From NCBI RefSeq assembly GCF_009914755.1, contig NC_060935.1: a stretch of 64,000 nt of DNA. One strand, 5' to 3'. The DNA is from the human T2T-CHM13v2.0 reference genome, Homo sapiens. Positions 43,396 to 57,431 of this stretch are shown here, in pieces. The notes under the pieces are model-generated. The model saw only the letters and a list, made by a program, of their open reading frames with translations, was not told the DNA's origin and searched no databases. Position 1 is the stretch's first letter, and the number at the start of each line of letters is the position of its first letter. Both the position numbers and the translations under genes were made by a program.

Positions 43396-43510
43396 CAATG
43401 TCTTTCTTTCTTAAGAAAGAAACAAGATAAGAAAGTTGCCACTGAAAATATTTTAATTAAACCCACAGAATCTCCTTGTCCTGTAACTATATGCATGGAG
43501 AGAGATAGTT

Positions 43511-44454
43511 TCAAATGGAAATTTTCTCCAACTTAGGATTTTTCTCCAGGCAAGTTTAACATCATTGTTTCTTAAGCTGTAAATTGAGGAGTTTATCATG
43601 GGAACTACATCAATGTGAAAGACAGAAGATATTTTACCTTCATTTATAGTCCCAGTTGAGGATAATTTAAGACACAATGATGCACCTAATCCAAAGAACA
43701 GAGAAATGGCAATTTTGTGGAAACTGCAGGTGCTGAAAAATTTTGACCAGCCCTCAGTGAAGCTGATAGGATAATGGAGAGGTAAAAAAATAAGAGATAA
43801 AGATGGTGATACTGGGCACAGTGAAAATGATGCCTGCTGCAATGAAAACCATCAACTCACTGACGTAGGTGCTGGTGCAAGAGAGCTGGAGCAGATGAAG
43901 GGTGTCACAGAAGTAGTGGTTGATGGTGTTTGCCTCACAGGAGGTCAGTTTCAGCATGCACCTGGTATGGGCCATGGCCCCAGAAAAGGGCCAGAAGTAG
44001 GAACCAAGCATATGGCTGGAACACACTTTAGGGGACATGGCAATGTTATACAGAAGCGGGTTACAGATGGCCATGGCCACTAGTGATCAGAGACCATTGA
44101 CGTCAAAACATAGCATTCAGAAATAACAAAAAAAAAAAAAAAGAAAGAAAAAAAAGCTGACATGCAACCCGCATAGGAAATAATATTCTTCTCTGTTATG
44201 AAGTTCATCAGCATTTTTGGAATAAACACAGAAGAATAAAAGTGGTCTATAAAAGCTAAACTAAAAAGAAAAAAGTACATGGGTGCATGAAAGTGTGAAC
44301 TGAACACAATCAGAGTTACCAAGCCCAAATTCCCCTACCCAGCAACCACACCCATTACTAGAAACAGGAAGAACAGGGGCGGTTGGAGATCTGTCTGGTC
44401 TTTTAACCCCACCAGAATTAATTCAGCCACAGTAGAAATATTTCCAGGAGCCAT
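43511..44454 (-). pseudogene. OR8B7P: OR8B-type olfactory receptor pseudogene (symbol inferred from remembered gene order, tentative)
   Basis: Starts MAPGNISTVAELILVGL at ATG 44454. In-frame TAG at codon 40 (44335-44337). Frameshifts around TM3/DRY and TM5. Fragments FHAPMYFFL, ICNPLLYNIAMSPKVC, NHYFCD, FFSTCSFH, IYSLRNNDV lie in three frames. Confidence 0.9.
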
Positions 44455-44849
44455 TCTTCTCTATGGAAAGCTGTGGACAAAGGAGAAAAGTGTTGCATTA
44501 GAGGACAACCCAGCTCTTCCCACAGTATTTTCTCCCACAATGTGGGATATTGTTTGAAACTAGCCCAACCTGGATCCTCAGAATCTGGCTTTACCAAAGT
44601 CATGATACTTGGGTGACACTGACTTAGGCTTTTTAGAGTCTTATTAAACTAGATAGAGCAAAGAGCAGTGCCACTTTAGCCTACAGCCAGTGCTGCCATA
44701 TGCAAACATGATTGCTGAAAGACCAAGGGGTAAGGGAGAAGGGTGGACTAGGACAGAATCCGCATTCTCTCATCTCATCATTTCTTCATTCACTTGCGTC
44801 CTCCCGCCTCTCATCAATAAAATTAGAGGCAGAGGCCATAGGACATACT

Positions 44850-45284
44850 CATTGTCATCTGTCCTTACATCTAAAATTGGCCATGTGACATAGCCACATG
44901 ATTAAAGGGAGAAGGGAAGCCATCGACTAGCTTCTGGAAAGGATTCACCTCGTGATAGATATAAAGAGAGGTATGTATGGAGAGCTGTATTTCTTGTTGC
45001 CTTGTTTCCATCTTTGGGTACAGTTGTGTTTAGATGTCATTCATGGAGCTATGACAGCCATTTTGTGATTGTGAAGTGATAAGCCTGAGGTCTAAAACTA
45101 GCAGACTGAAGACAGTGGCATGAAAAGCCCTGGTTGTTGATGAGAATTGCTTAGTTGCTAAATCAATCCTAGGACACGCTCCCTCCAGATTTATTGTTAC
45201 ATGAGGAAAAAATAGTTCCTAATTAAAATAGGTTTTTATTGGAACATTCTATAACTTGTTGCTAGAAACTTTCCAACTGATATC
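44850..45284 (+). mobile_element. MLT1 (MLT1J-like) MaLR LTR
   Basis: ggccatgtgacatag...gcttctggaaagga...ctccagatttattgttacatgag...aactgata. Confidence 0.6.
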
Positions 45285-45503
45285 ATCAACTGGAGGCTAC
45301 GTTCTTGAGATATTTTTTAAAAAATGCATTATTTTAAGAAATGAACACCTTGGAGGAGATGATTTTCTTTTCAATAAATATTGAAGAGTAAAACTAATTC
45401 AGTATGATGAGTAGAAGAGTTGTACAGTTTCAGGTATTAACTTTAAATAAAATCTTTGGTTCTTCTTATTAGTGTTCCTTGCTTATTATACCATTGGGGT
45501 CCT

Positions 45504-45727
45504 TTTTTAACTTTTAGGTTCAGGGCTGCATGTGAAGTTTGGTTATATAGATAAACTCATGTCATGGGGGTTTTGTTGTACAGATTATTTCATCACCCAG
45601 CTCTTAAGCCTAGTACCCAATAGTTATTTTTTCTGCTTCTCTCCCTCCTCAAAATCATGCAATTACATGGAAATTAAACAACATGCTCCTGGATGACTTT
45701 GGGGTAAATAAAGAAATTAAGACAGAA
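45504..45727 (-). mobile_element. Short L1PA16-like insertion with 5' inversion
   Basis: Antisense 3' end (45504-45650) joined to a sense ORF2 EN-region piece. Diverged TSD ACCATTGGGGTCCT / ACCACTGTGGTCTT. Confidence 0.7.
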
Positions 45728-45932
45728 ACCACTGTGGTCTTAAAATGTAAACATTTTCCAACTTTTTCTGTATTTTTAATTGTGAGACACTGAGTTTAAA
45801 AAAATACTAAAAGTGCTTAAAAACACTTAAACCAATTAGAATAGTCCATTCATGATGTCTTATCAGCTACATGTTGAGCATCTCAAATCTGAAAATTCAA
45901 ATTTTCAAATGCTTCAAAATCTAAAACTTGTT

Positions 45933-47645
45933 TTTCTTTCTTTAAACTTTTTTGTATTTTTCCATAAGTTATTGGGGTACAGGTGGTTTTGATCACATGA
46001 GTAAGTTCTTTAGTGGCGATTTGTGAGATTTTGATTTACCCATCACCTGAGAAGTATACACTGCATCCTATTTGTAATCTTTTATCCCTCACCCCCCTCC
46101 CATCCATCCCCCCAAGTCCCCAAAGTCCACTGTGACAGAGCAGGAGCACCATCATCTCAGTCACTTTAAGTTCCAGCTCCCTTTCTAGCCTCATGGATTT
46201 CAAGGAAATCACTTCTCTTCTAACTACAAGAAGCCAGAAAGAGCAGACAGTAAAACACAGATAAGACAGCTCGGGCACAGAGGAAGGTGGGAGGAAAGTC
46301 TTTTGGGTAACTGCCAAACTTCAATAGTCCCCAGTAAAACAATGGGCCTTAATAAACACATTCCTTTCCCTTCAGGTATGCTAAGATAGGAAAGCTAAAA
46401 GCAGACTCATGGGGTATTCCTGCAGCTGCAGAAAGATGTATGGGAACAGACACACAACTCTCCCTCCCAGATGAGCACAACAAAGAAACACAGAAGCAGT
46501 CCAAGCCTCTGATAAGCTCTCCCACCCTGAATCCTTAAAGAAACTGTCTGTAAGAGAGTGTGGCTCTGACCTAACTCAGCCAGAAGCCCCTCTCAGGTTT
46601 GTTTTCTAAAATAAACCTGTCATTGTTGACTGTTGAGCCACACTTTGTATTTCTTTCCTCTTTCTTTAATTCTTACATATTGTATCATTCTTATGCCTTT
46701 GTGTCCTCAAAGCTTAGCTCCCACATATCAGTGAGAATACACGATGTTTCGTTTTCCATTTCTGTTACTTCACTTAGAATAAGTCTCCAGTCTCATCCAG
46801 GTTGCTGCAAATGCCATTAATTCATTCCATTTTATGGCTCAGTAGTATTCCATTGTATAAATATATCACAGTTTCTTTATCCACTCATAGATTGATGGGC
46901 ATTTGGGTTGGTTCCACAATTTTGCAACTGTGAATTGTGCTCCTATAAACATGCATGTGCGAGTATCTTTTTTGTATAATGATTTTTTAACTCTGGGTAG
47001 ACACCCAGTAGTGGGATTGCTGGATCAAATGGTAGTTCTACTTTTAGTTCTTTAAGGAATCTCCACATTGTTTCCCATAGTGGTTGTACTAGTTTACATT
47101 TCCTCCAGCAGTGTAGAAGTGTTCCCTGTTCACCGCATGGAACTTCCTCCAAGATAGAGCATATGATAGGTCATAAAATGAGCATCAGTAAGTTTAAGAA
47201 AATTGAAATTATATCAAGCATTCTCTCAGACCACAGTGAAATAAAACTGGAAATCAACTCCAAAAGGAAGATTCAAAACCATGCAAATACATAGAAATTA
47301 AATAACATGCTCCTGAATGAGCATTGAGTCAAAAACGAAATCAACATAGAAATTTAAAAATTCTTCAAACTGAATGACAGTAATGACAAAACCTATCAAA
47401 ACCTCTGGGATACAGCAAAAGCAGTGCTAAGGGGAAACTTCAAATCCCTAAATGCCTACATCAAAAAGACTCAAAGACCACAAACTAACATTCTAAGGTC
47501 ACACCTCAAGGCACTAGAGAAACAAGAACAAACCAAACCCAAACCTCGCAGAAGAAAGGAAGTAACAAAGATCAGAGCAGAACTAAATGAAATTGAAACA
47601 ACAACAACAAAAAGAAAGATAAATGAAACAAAACACTGGTTCTCT
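45933..47645 (-). mobile_element. L1PB-like element with 5' inversion
   Basis: Antisense 3' end to about 47137, then a sense ORF2 EN-region piece to about 47645. TSD-like tctaaaactt / tctgaaactt. Confidence 0.8.
46133..46677 (+). mobile_element. Solo ERV1 LTR (LTR10-like) inserted in the L1 3' UTR
   Basis: TG...CA termini and AATAAA near 46610. Interrupts the L1 sequence gtcca^ttgtatcattc. Diverged 5-bp TSD CACTG/TATTG. Confidence 0.78.
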
Positions 47646-49137
47646 GAAACTTTCTGAGCACCAACACAATGCTCAGAGAAAATGTTCATTGGAGCATTTG
47701 GATTTCAAATTTTCAGACTTGGCATGCTCTACCCCTAAATATGTAATGCAAATATTCCAAAATCTGAAAAGATAAGAAATCCACAACATTTCTGGCCCCA
47801 AGCATTTTGGATAAGGGATATTTAACCTGTATAACCAGGACAGAATCGTCATTCTCTCCTCTCATCATTGCTCCATTCACTTGAGTTTTCACTTCACCAG
47901 GAAAATTGGAGGTAGAGGCTTCAGCAACCTGGGTGCTGGCTTCTAATACAGATTAGACCCAGGTGGGATGGGAACAAAGAACACTGTTTCTAATCCACAA
48001 AGGACCAGCATCTAGAAAATGTTAAGTTACTGCACATGTCATAGAATAAAAGACCTACATCTAGAACAGGGAGAGTTCTGTTTATGGAGAGAAATAGTAG
48101 TAACTGAGGTACTACTCTCCCTAAGGTGCCTAATGTCTATGAATCTTCTCTGATCCTCCACCATTTTACTTAAGTGTCAGAAATGCACAAAATGGGAAAG
48201 AAAGTGGTGTATCTAAGTCTTAGATTACCGCTTAAAATGAGGAGGACCTATGCTAAGTGAAAGAAACAAGACGCAGAGAGAAACACTGCAGGATCTCACC
48301 TATACATGGAATCTAAAATAGTCAAATTAACAGGAGCAGAGAGTAGGGTATTTATGGGTTTCCAGGGGCTGGTGGGAGGGAAAATTTTTGCTAGATCTTA
48401 AAATTCTCCACATATTTTGGAATATAATCCATGGCAAAACAGAGGGAGCACTGGATCTTCAGGAGAAAGCCCTACAAATGTAAATTGCCATAAAAATAAG
48501 AATTTTCTTCTGTACCATAATGAATACAGTGTGAAAAATTAAGCTAATGCTCCCTATGAATTAAGGCGTGTAGCCATGTGGCTGAAGTGGTCCATATTAC
48601 AGCATGGACATTTTCTCATGTGGAAATTAATGTTTTAGTAGTAACACAGGTAAATAGCACCCTCTGATGGGAACTATTGACTTAGATAAGATTTGTACTA
48701 ATTAAAAGAAAAAAGATGTTCTAAGGAATAATCCAAATGAAGACTCTTAAGTAGGATAAAGCATTGAATTTTGCCTCAAAACTCAATTAAGATTCTTGGA
48801 ATATATGTCTAATTTTAACAACTGAAGAAAATATTACAAAATGCAATCTGGTAGAAGAAACGTTTGATAAGTATTTTGTACTCTCCTTTCACTTCCCCTT
48901 CTGTCACTATGAAAAGCATTTGAGCTCATGCGTTTTACAAGCTAAGGCAGTTCTTTCAGAGTGTTTCAAGAAACGAAAGCACTGAAGAACTCTTCCTCTT
49001 TCCTCCCCACCTTCACTCTTCCTGTTCTGGATGATAACAAATGATGAATATAGTCATCTGCAAGCATTTTACCACCACCTGTACCTTTATTTTTATCTGT
49101 TAACCAATGGGAATAGTAGCCCTTAAAGAACAGATAC

Positions 49138-49314
49138 CAAATTAGCTGAGTATGGTGGTAAGTGCCTGTAATCTCAGCTACTCAGGAGGCTGAGGCAGGA
49201 GAATTGTATGAACCCAGGAGGCAGAGGTTGCAGTGAGCCGAGATCATGCCATTGCACACCAGCCTGGACGACAGGGCAAGACTCCATCTCAAAAAAAAAA
49301 AAAAAAAAAAAAAA
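49138..49314 (+). mobile_element. Alu right arm
   Basis: attagctgagtatggtgg...actccatctc followed by poly(A). Confidence 0.88.
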
Positions 49315-49329
49315 GATGCCAGTATAGTA

Positions 49330-51160
49330 AGAAGCTCATATAAATAACAATTGAAGAAACAAAAGAATTAGCGAATAGACACAAATTCACTGTACTTACT
49401 AGATTATACATGCATGCACGCATGCACACACACACATAATTTATGGTCAGTTTATTTTTGAGAGGGATGCCTAGACAATTAAATGGAGACAGAACAGTCT
49501 TTTCAACAAATGGTGCTGGAATAACTGGATGTTCATATTCAAAATAATAAATTGGACACCTACACTATAAAAATTAAAAGTATAATCATGCCTCTAAATG
49601 TAAGAAGTAATATTATAAAGCTCTCAGAAGAAAACATCAGAAAAGACATTATCAAGAGAGTTAAGAGACAATCCACAGAAGAGAAATATTTTCAAATCAT
49701 ATATCTGATAGGATCTAGTATTCTGAATACACTGAGTATTGTAACAGCATAAAAATATTAAAAGACAACCCAATTTTAAAATAAGGACAGGATTTGATAA
49801 AACATTTCTTCAAAAAGATATTTAAAAAAGCAAATAAACACAGAAAAAGATGCTCCATATCACTGGTAATGAGGGAAATGTGAATCAAAAACACAATGAA
49901 ATATTACCACACACAAACACTAGGATAACTATAATTATAAAAAATAAAAGATAATACCAAGCACTGGTGAGATGAGGTTGTAAAAGTTGTCACTGGTGGG
50001 AATATCAAATAATGCAGTCACTTTGAAAACCAGTCTAGCAGTACCACAAAACATTAAAAATAGAATTACATATAACCCAGTGTTTTCTCTCCCAAGAGAA
50101 ATGAAAACCTATGTCCACATAAAAGCTTGTATATGAATGTTCATTAGCACCATTACTCATAATAGCCAAGAACTAGAAAAATCAAAATATCCATTAACTG
50201 ATGAATGGGTAAACAAAATGTGGCATATTCATACAATGGAATATTATATGATAAAAGAATGAAGCACATTTATAAGTTGCAACATGGATAAGCCATGAAA
50301 ACGATATGCCAAGCGAGGAAAGCCAGTCACAAAGAACATATGCTATATTACTCCATGGATATAAAATGTCCATAGCTGCAAATCCACAGACAAAACATCC
50401 CTAGAAAGTAGATGGGTCATTGTCCAGGGTCGGGGGTGGAAGATAGGAGGACAATGGCTAAATGGTTTGGGGTTTCCTCTGGAGGTGACATGAAGGCTCT
50501 AAAACTGATTATGGTTATGGTTGCACAGTTCTGTGAGTAAAGCCAAAACCATTGCATTGCACACTTTAAATGTGTGAATTACGTGGTGTGTTAGTTTTTA
50601 TCTAAAAAAAGCTGTTTCCAGAAAAAAAGAGTAAACTTTACATAAACGAAAACATGAAATAAAACAGAAATCAGAAAATATTTTTAAGTGAATGAAGACG
50701 TAAATACAACATATGAAAATATATGAAACATAGTTAAATATAGTGCTTACATGGCAATTTATGGCATCCAAGTGCCTATATTGGAAAAGAAGAGAGATTT
50801 CAAGTTAGACATAAACTTCTATCTCATAAAATATCCAGAAAAAATTTTTAAATTCAAAATAAGCAGAAAATAAGAGTAAAGATAATGGTTGAAAAAGTAG
50901 GAAATAGAAGAATATATAAATAAGTTCATTTGAAAGCTGTGCTTTTTACATCAATAAAAGTGATATTCCTCTAACTAGACAGTTTGGGCAGAAAAGGAAA
51001 AGACAAAAATTAGCAATATCAGATACATCAGAGAATGTGGCTACAGAGCCTACACACATTAAAGGAAAATAAGGGAATATTATGAACAAATTTACAGTTA
51101 TTTAATTTGCAAACCAATGAAATGGACCAATTATTGAAAGATATAAATTGCCATCATTGG
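49330..51160 (+). mobile_element. Old L1M fragments (3' end near 50630, then an ORF2 piece)
   Basis: cttttcaacaaatggtgctggaataactggat and an L1MB-like 3' UTR. Confidence 0.7.
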
Positions 51161-51916
51161 GCAAATGAACTTACATAAGATGAAAAAATATATATGCCCT
51201 CATTTTGATACCCTTAAGCTAAGCACAATGTTATATAATATATGACAAATGTATATAATGGGATTATATATTGACTTTTATCCTCCTATAAACACCGGAG
51301 AAAATCCCTCAACTCATACTTAGTAAATGAGAATACTCTCTGCCCTGGTCTGCACTGGATTCTTCTGTATGTCTTATACTACTGCTGCTCCTCTTCCGTA
51401 TAAGCCATTCTGTATTAACAAGCTGTTCCCGTAACTCGAGGCTTTATTCTCCGTCTCTGTTTATAGATTAGTTAATTGTTCCCTTTAAGTAGAGCTCGGG
51501 CTTTGTAAACTTATTGTATTATGAAATATAGCATACATATATATAGAAGATATAGATGTAAAAGTATATAAAATATGTACTTCAACCAATTTTTATAAAA
51601 TGAGCAGCTTTTAACCACCACACAGATCTATAAGTAAAAAATCACCAGCACCCCCAGGGCCCGCCATGTGCTGCGTCTTGATTGTAGCTCCATCTATTTT
51701 TACATTCCCCATCCTGATTGTGTGGCTTTGCTTTATAACTTTATAACTAACGAGAGCATCTTTGTCATCTGTATCCTGCTCAGAGAAGGACAAAGAGAAG
51801 GTGGAAATGGCACACATTTGCCTTGAAACAGTGTGCATCACGTCTGGAACTCAGTCACATGCAAGAGCACACTGCAAGAAAGACTGGGAAATGTATGTTT
51901 TGGAGGAAGATTGAAC

Positions 51917-51990
51917 AGCAGTAATCTCTGCCACACTGGTATATAATGATAGTTATATCATTATATACCAGTGTGGCAGAGATTACTGCT
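51917..51990. repeat. Perfect inverted repeat, 35-bp arms with a 4-nt loop
   Basis: AGCAGTAATCTCTGCCACACTGGTATATAATGATA-gtta-TATCATTATATACCAGTGTGGCAGAGATTACTGCT. Confidence 0.95.
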
Positions 51991-52774
51991 ATGATATAAC
52001 TATCATTATATCAGTGTCTGCCAATTATCATCAATGTGAGATTAAATAAGACATTAAATGTAAAAATGTACTGCTCACCCTGGAACTTAGTAAGAACCAA
52101 TAAAAATCAGGATTTATCTAGGCCATTCTTGTTTTTTTATTTATTGTATTGGCCAGAAGAAAATAAGAACATACTCACGTATTCTAAATTGAACAACAGA
52201 ACTATGAAATATGAAATATGAAGAATACTCGTAAGACATTTTTTCTTGAGTATTTTGCTTTTATTTGTATTTCAAGACGTTTTTATTTACTAAAAATAAT
52301 ATTCATAATTAACTGATTTTTAAAGTAGAAAAATTTTGTATAATTAAAAAGAAAATAAAATCCTGATCAATTTAGAATCCAACACCCGAGTCCTGATCCC
52401 AGCTCTACCACCTGTATGTTGTAATCTACAACAAGCCACCAACATCTCTGAGCACCACACCTACCATCCGTGGGACTGAATCTGGGATTCCCTTGCTCAT
52501 TTACCTCCCACTTCTTCCTGAGGAGCACAGGGACTGACAGATGGGACAGTGCAGAGGAAACTGTGCACAACTCTCCTCCAAAGACAAACTACAACACCTG
52601 GACACGTCTCTATATTGATGTTTGTAGTGGGTTAATTCAACTCTATGGCAGAAAGACTTTAAACAGTGCAAGTGATTCCACCAGCCTCCTCCTCACTGAG
52701 GACGATTAAGTCTCTGCCCTCAAAGGGAACGCTTCTAACAATGAGTGATAACTTAATGTTTAAAGGTATTTCTT

Positions 52775-53066
<292 letters not shown>

Positions 53067-54633
53067 AAAGTATTTCTTTTGCACAACAAAGCCTGCAGAT
53101 AAACTACATGCTTGATCTGGTGCAAAGCTTAATTAACAGTGAGTGACATGTCCTGACGCTAGAGAGAAAAACCGACTGTGCCAGACTTATGGGATTTCTC
53201 AGTTTTAGATTAGAACATATTTTTAAGTTTATCTTTTCTGAAAATAAAACTGATTTCATCTGCATTTTGAGGGTCTTCACATGAAAGATCAGTGACCCAG
53301 TTTAATCCACCTCTTTGGCCATTTCAAACAGTGATAAAATACATAAAGTATGGACACACCTCTGAAATGTCCACCGAGTACCAACTAGCACAGATATTAT
53401 TTACTTATTTAAATACATTTTTTAACTAAGGAAAATAATTTTATCAAAAGGGACAGCAAATAAAAGAAATGGTAAAAATAAACCTCCAACCAACTTCAGC
53501 TATTTTGTAAGAATAGAATTTGTTAAGGGTTAAATCAGGCATGTTGATACCAGGATCAGCAATCAGGAATGAGCAGCCATTTCAAACCATAAGTCAAAAA
53601 TTTAGTAATGCTGAACATCAAAAACAATAAGCCAACAAAGAAGTTAGGATGAATTTTTTAATACCAAAATATTGAGTAGAGATTATAAAATGGAAAAATA
53701 GTAAATATCGTTATAGTTATGTTAGAAAATAGTTGTCCATTTCTATATAAGATTGATGATTTTTGAGTAGTCATATTTTTGTCTGATTTCCCAAAGGAAA
53801 AATAATCTACCCTCCTATTCCAGAAAAGACTGATACGATTTGTTAAATTTGGTAAATCAATTTTTTTTCAAATTATCATATCTCTCTCAGCTACAGTTTG
53901 AGGTTTTCATAGCTTAAAATCCATATGCAAGGAACACATGAAAACCAAGAAAAGCAAGTGTGATTTGGCTGTTCCTAGGACTCCCAGCCCTCTGGAATTA
54001 ATATCAAGCAATGTCATCTTTTACACCACTAAGATAAATCCTATGATCTCCACAATTTCCTAGAGCCTCCAAGGAGAGGAGAATTCTAAGTAAGGGATTT
54101 CATTTTCCATCATTTTACTTTCTAAATTGTGTCTTCCTAAGTAGAATTTCAAACACCACTCATTATTTTTTTTATCAAGAAGTTGTTGCTATTCCTTCTC
54201 TACCTAATTCCTCACAAATGTGGCCACAGCTTTTCCATTTACATTCCCCAAATAATAACACCCTGTGCATGTTATAATTGTTATCGAAGCTTAATGGAGA
54301 GTACAAGATACGGTGCTCCACAGAATAGAATACAAATTCAGATTACTCGCCAAAATTAAAAATAATTTAAAAAATTTAAAAATAACAGGAAATGAAAGTG
54401 GTTTCTACAGTCTTACTGACCATTCTCTACAGAGGGATCTCATTTATCAGCCGTGTGTCTCTTTGAGTCCTTTCACTCCCATGCTTAGATCTATCAAATA
54501 AATGATCCTGATAACATTTCAAAGTCATTTTTTTATTTTCCGAAAAACTCACCTCCTGTTTGACTTTTTTAAATTATCTTTAGCATATATTCTTTAAAAA
54601 AGAGTATTCGTTTAACATTTAAATGTATTTTGA

Positions 54634-55052
54634 ACCAACCCAAATGTCCAACAATGATAGACTGGATTAAGAAAATGTGGCACATATACACCATGGAATA
54701 CTATGCAGCCATAAAAAATGATGAGTTCATTCATGTCCTTTGTAGGGACATGGATGAAATTGGAAACCATCATTCTCAGTAAACTATCGCAAGAACAAAA
54801 AACCAAACACCGCATATTCTCACTCATAGGTGGGAGTTGAACAATGAGATCACATGGACACAGGAAGGGGAATATCACACTCTGGGGACTGTGGTGGGGT
54901 GGGGGGAGGGGGGAGGGATAGCATTGGGAGATATACCTAATGCTAGATGACGAGTTAGTGGGTGCAGCGCACCAGCATGGCACATGTATACATATGTAAC
55001 TAACCTGCACAATGTGCACATGTACCCTGAAACTTAAAGTATAATAAAAAAA
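54634..55052 (+). mobile_element. Young 5'-truncated L1 (L1PA2-like, non-Ta)
   Basis: gagatcacatgg, gaatatcacac, gctagatgacGAGttagtgggtgcagcgcacc. Perfect 13-bp TSD AAATGTATTTTGA at 54621-54633 and 55053-55065. Confidence 0.9.
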
Positions 55053-55255
55053 AAATGTATTTTGAGGCTAACAGTAAAAACAATTAATTAATCAGTAATT
55101 AATTTAGTTTCATAGATGAAGAAGCCACAAATACCAAGAAACATATTTGCAGATAAAGAATTCATCCAATTTGAGATATGCCATACATTGGATAATTCTT
55201 ATATTGATTATTAAAAGTGTGCCATATTTTACTTTATGGACTCAATTTAAGATTT

Positions 55256-55357
55256 CTTTTTTTAATTATACTTTAAGTTTTAGGGTATATGTGCCCAATA
55301 TGCAGGTTTGTTACATATGTATACATGTGCCATGTTGGTGTGCTGCACCCATTAACT
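55256..55357 (-). mobile_element. L1PA 3' tip (about 100 bp)
   Basis: attatactttaagttttagggta...tgctgcacccattaact. Confidence 0.85.
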
Positions 55358-55833
55358 TCATACTAGCTTAAAAGATGTCCTCTTTCCCAACAATAAGAAC
55401 CGTCAAACTGTTTTCCTAAACAAGCATAAAAGAAGCGATACACATTCTGTTAGACATTTATGTATCATTCTGGAACAAAGCACAGTCAATTTCCAAATTA
55501 GAAATGTTTTCTTATATTCCATATTAACTGAAATAAAAATAGTAAAACAGAAACAAAATGTACTAAGAAGAGCAGTGGACTTGAAATCAGAAGGCAAAAT
55601 GTTTAGTCTAGACTTTTTCATTAAGAAGTTGTGTGACTAAGTAAATCATTACCATGAAGAGCTTCACTTTCCCATCCATGTAATAAATAAATGTCCTTCT
55701 TTTATGTGCTGGTTTGTGTGTAAAAATAAATAAGAAAACTATTTGACCAAAAAAAAGCTTAATCTATGCTGTTTAAAGCTGCAAAGTAGGTTATACTTAC
55801 TAGTCCTTAAGAAACTTTTCATCTCTGGCTTTT

Positions 55834-56972
<1,139 letters not shown>

Positions 56973-57431
56973 TTAAAGGAGACATATGTTTGCCCAGAAG
57001 ATGATGGAGAGATGGTAGCAGAAACAGACTGTCTGATTCCCACCTCCAGTGGCAAATGGTGAATAATAATTTCCACCCCTCTGACAACACAGTGATGCAG
57101 AAACTGTTAATTTGCTTGATCATTTGCCGACCATTTATCTTTTCCTAGAGGAAAAAGTAATGTTAAAAATGACATTATAAAAATATAAATTTCTTCCCTA
57201 ATGCTACTACTATACAAGAAAAAATGTGAGGAGAAAAGAATTATACAAATGATGAGGAAAGGAGGAAAACATGATCTTTGAAAAGGGAAAATAAATTATT
57301 GAGAGAAGACTCAAATTTTCTTCACTATAATAAGAAAGAATTAGAATAGGAAGAGTACTACCAAAATATCATAAATAACAACAGAAGCTCCCTGTCCTAA
57401 AAATACATGCACAGAAAGATACTATTTCTAG

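Larger units (their letters stand above)
40770..44840. repeat. Tandem duplication unit copy A (OR8B pseudogene plus flanks)
   Basis: Unique-looking flanks align by eye with about 51185-58775, e.g. 41340 vs 51600, 41930 vs 54285, 42680 vs 55800, 43415 vs 57330, 44750 vs 58685. Confidence 0.8.
45870..47829. mobile_element. Tigger4a-like DNA transposon split by an L1 (halves about 45870-45932 and 47643-47829)
   Basis: TA-flanked termini catgttgagcatc and ggataagggatatttaacctg. The internal sequence is continuous across the L1. Confidence 0.75.

Noticed and set aside
48458-48486. Zinc-finger linker-like sequence (GGAGAAAGCCCTACAAATGT)
   Set aside because: Out of frame, with no flanking C2H2 pattern. 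Likely chance.
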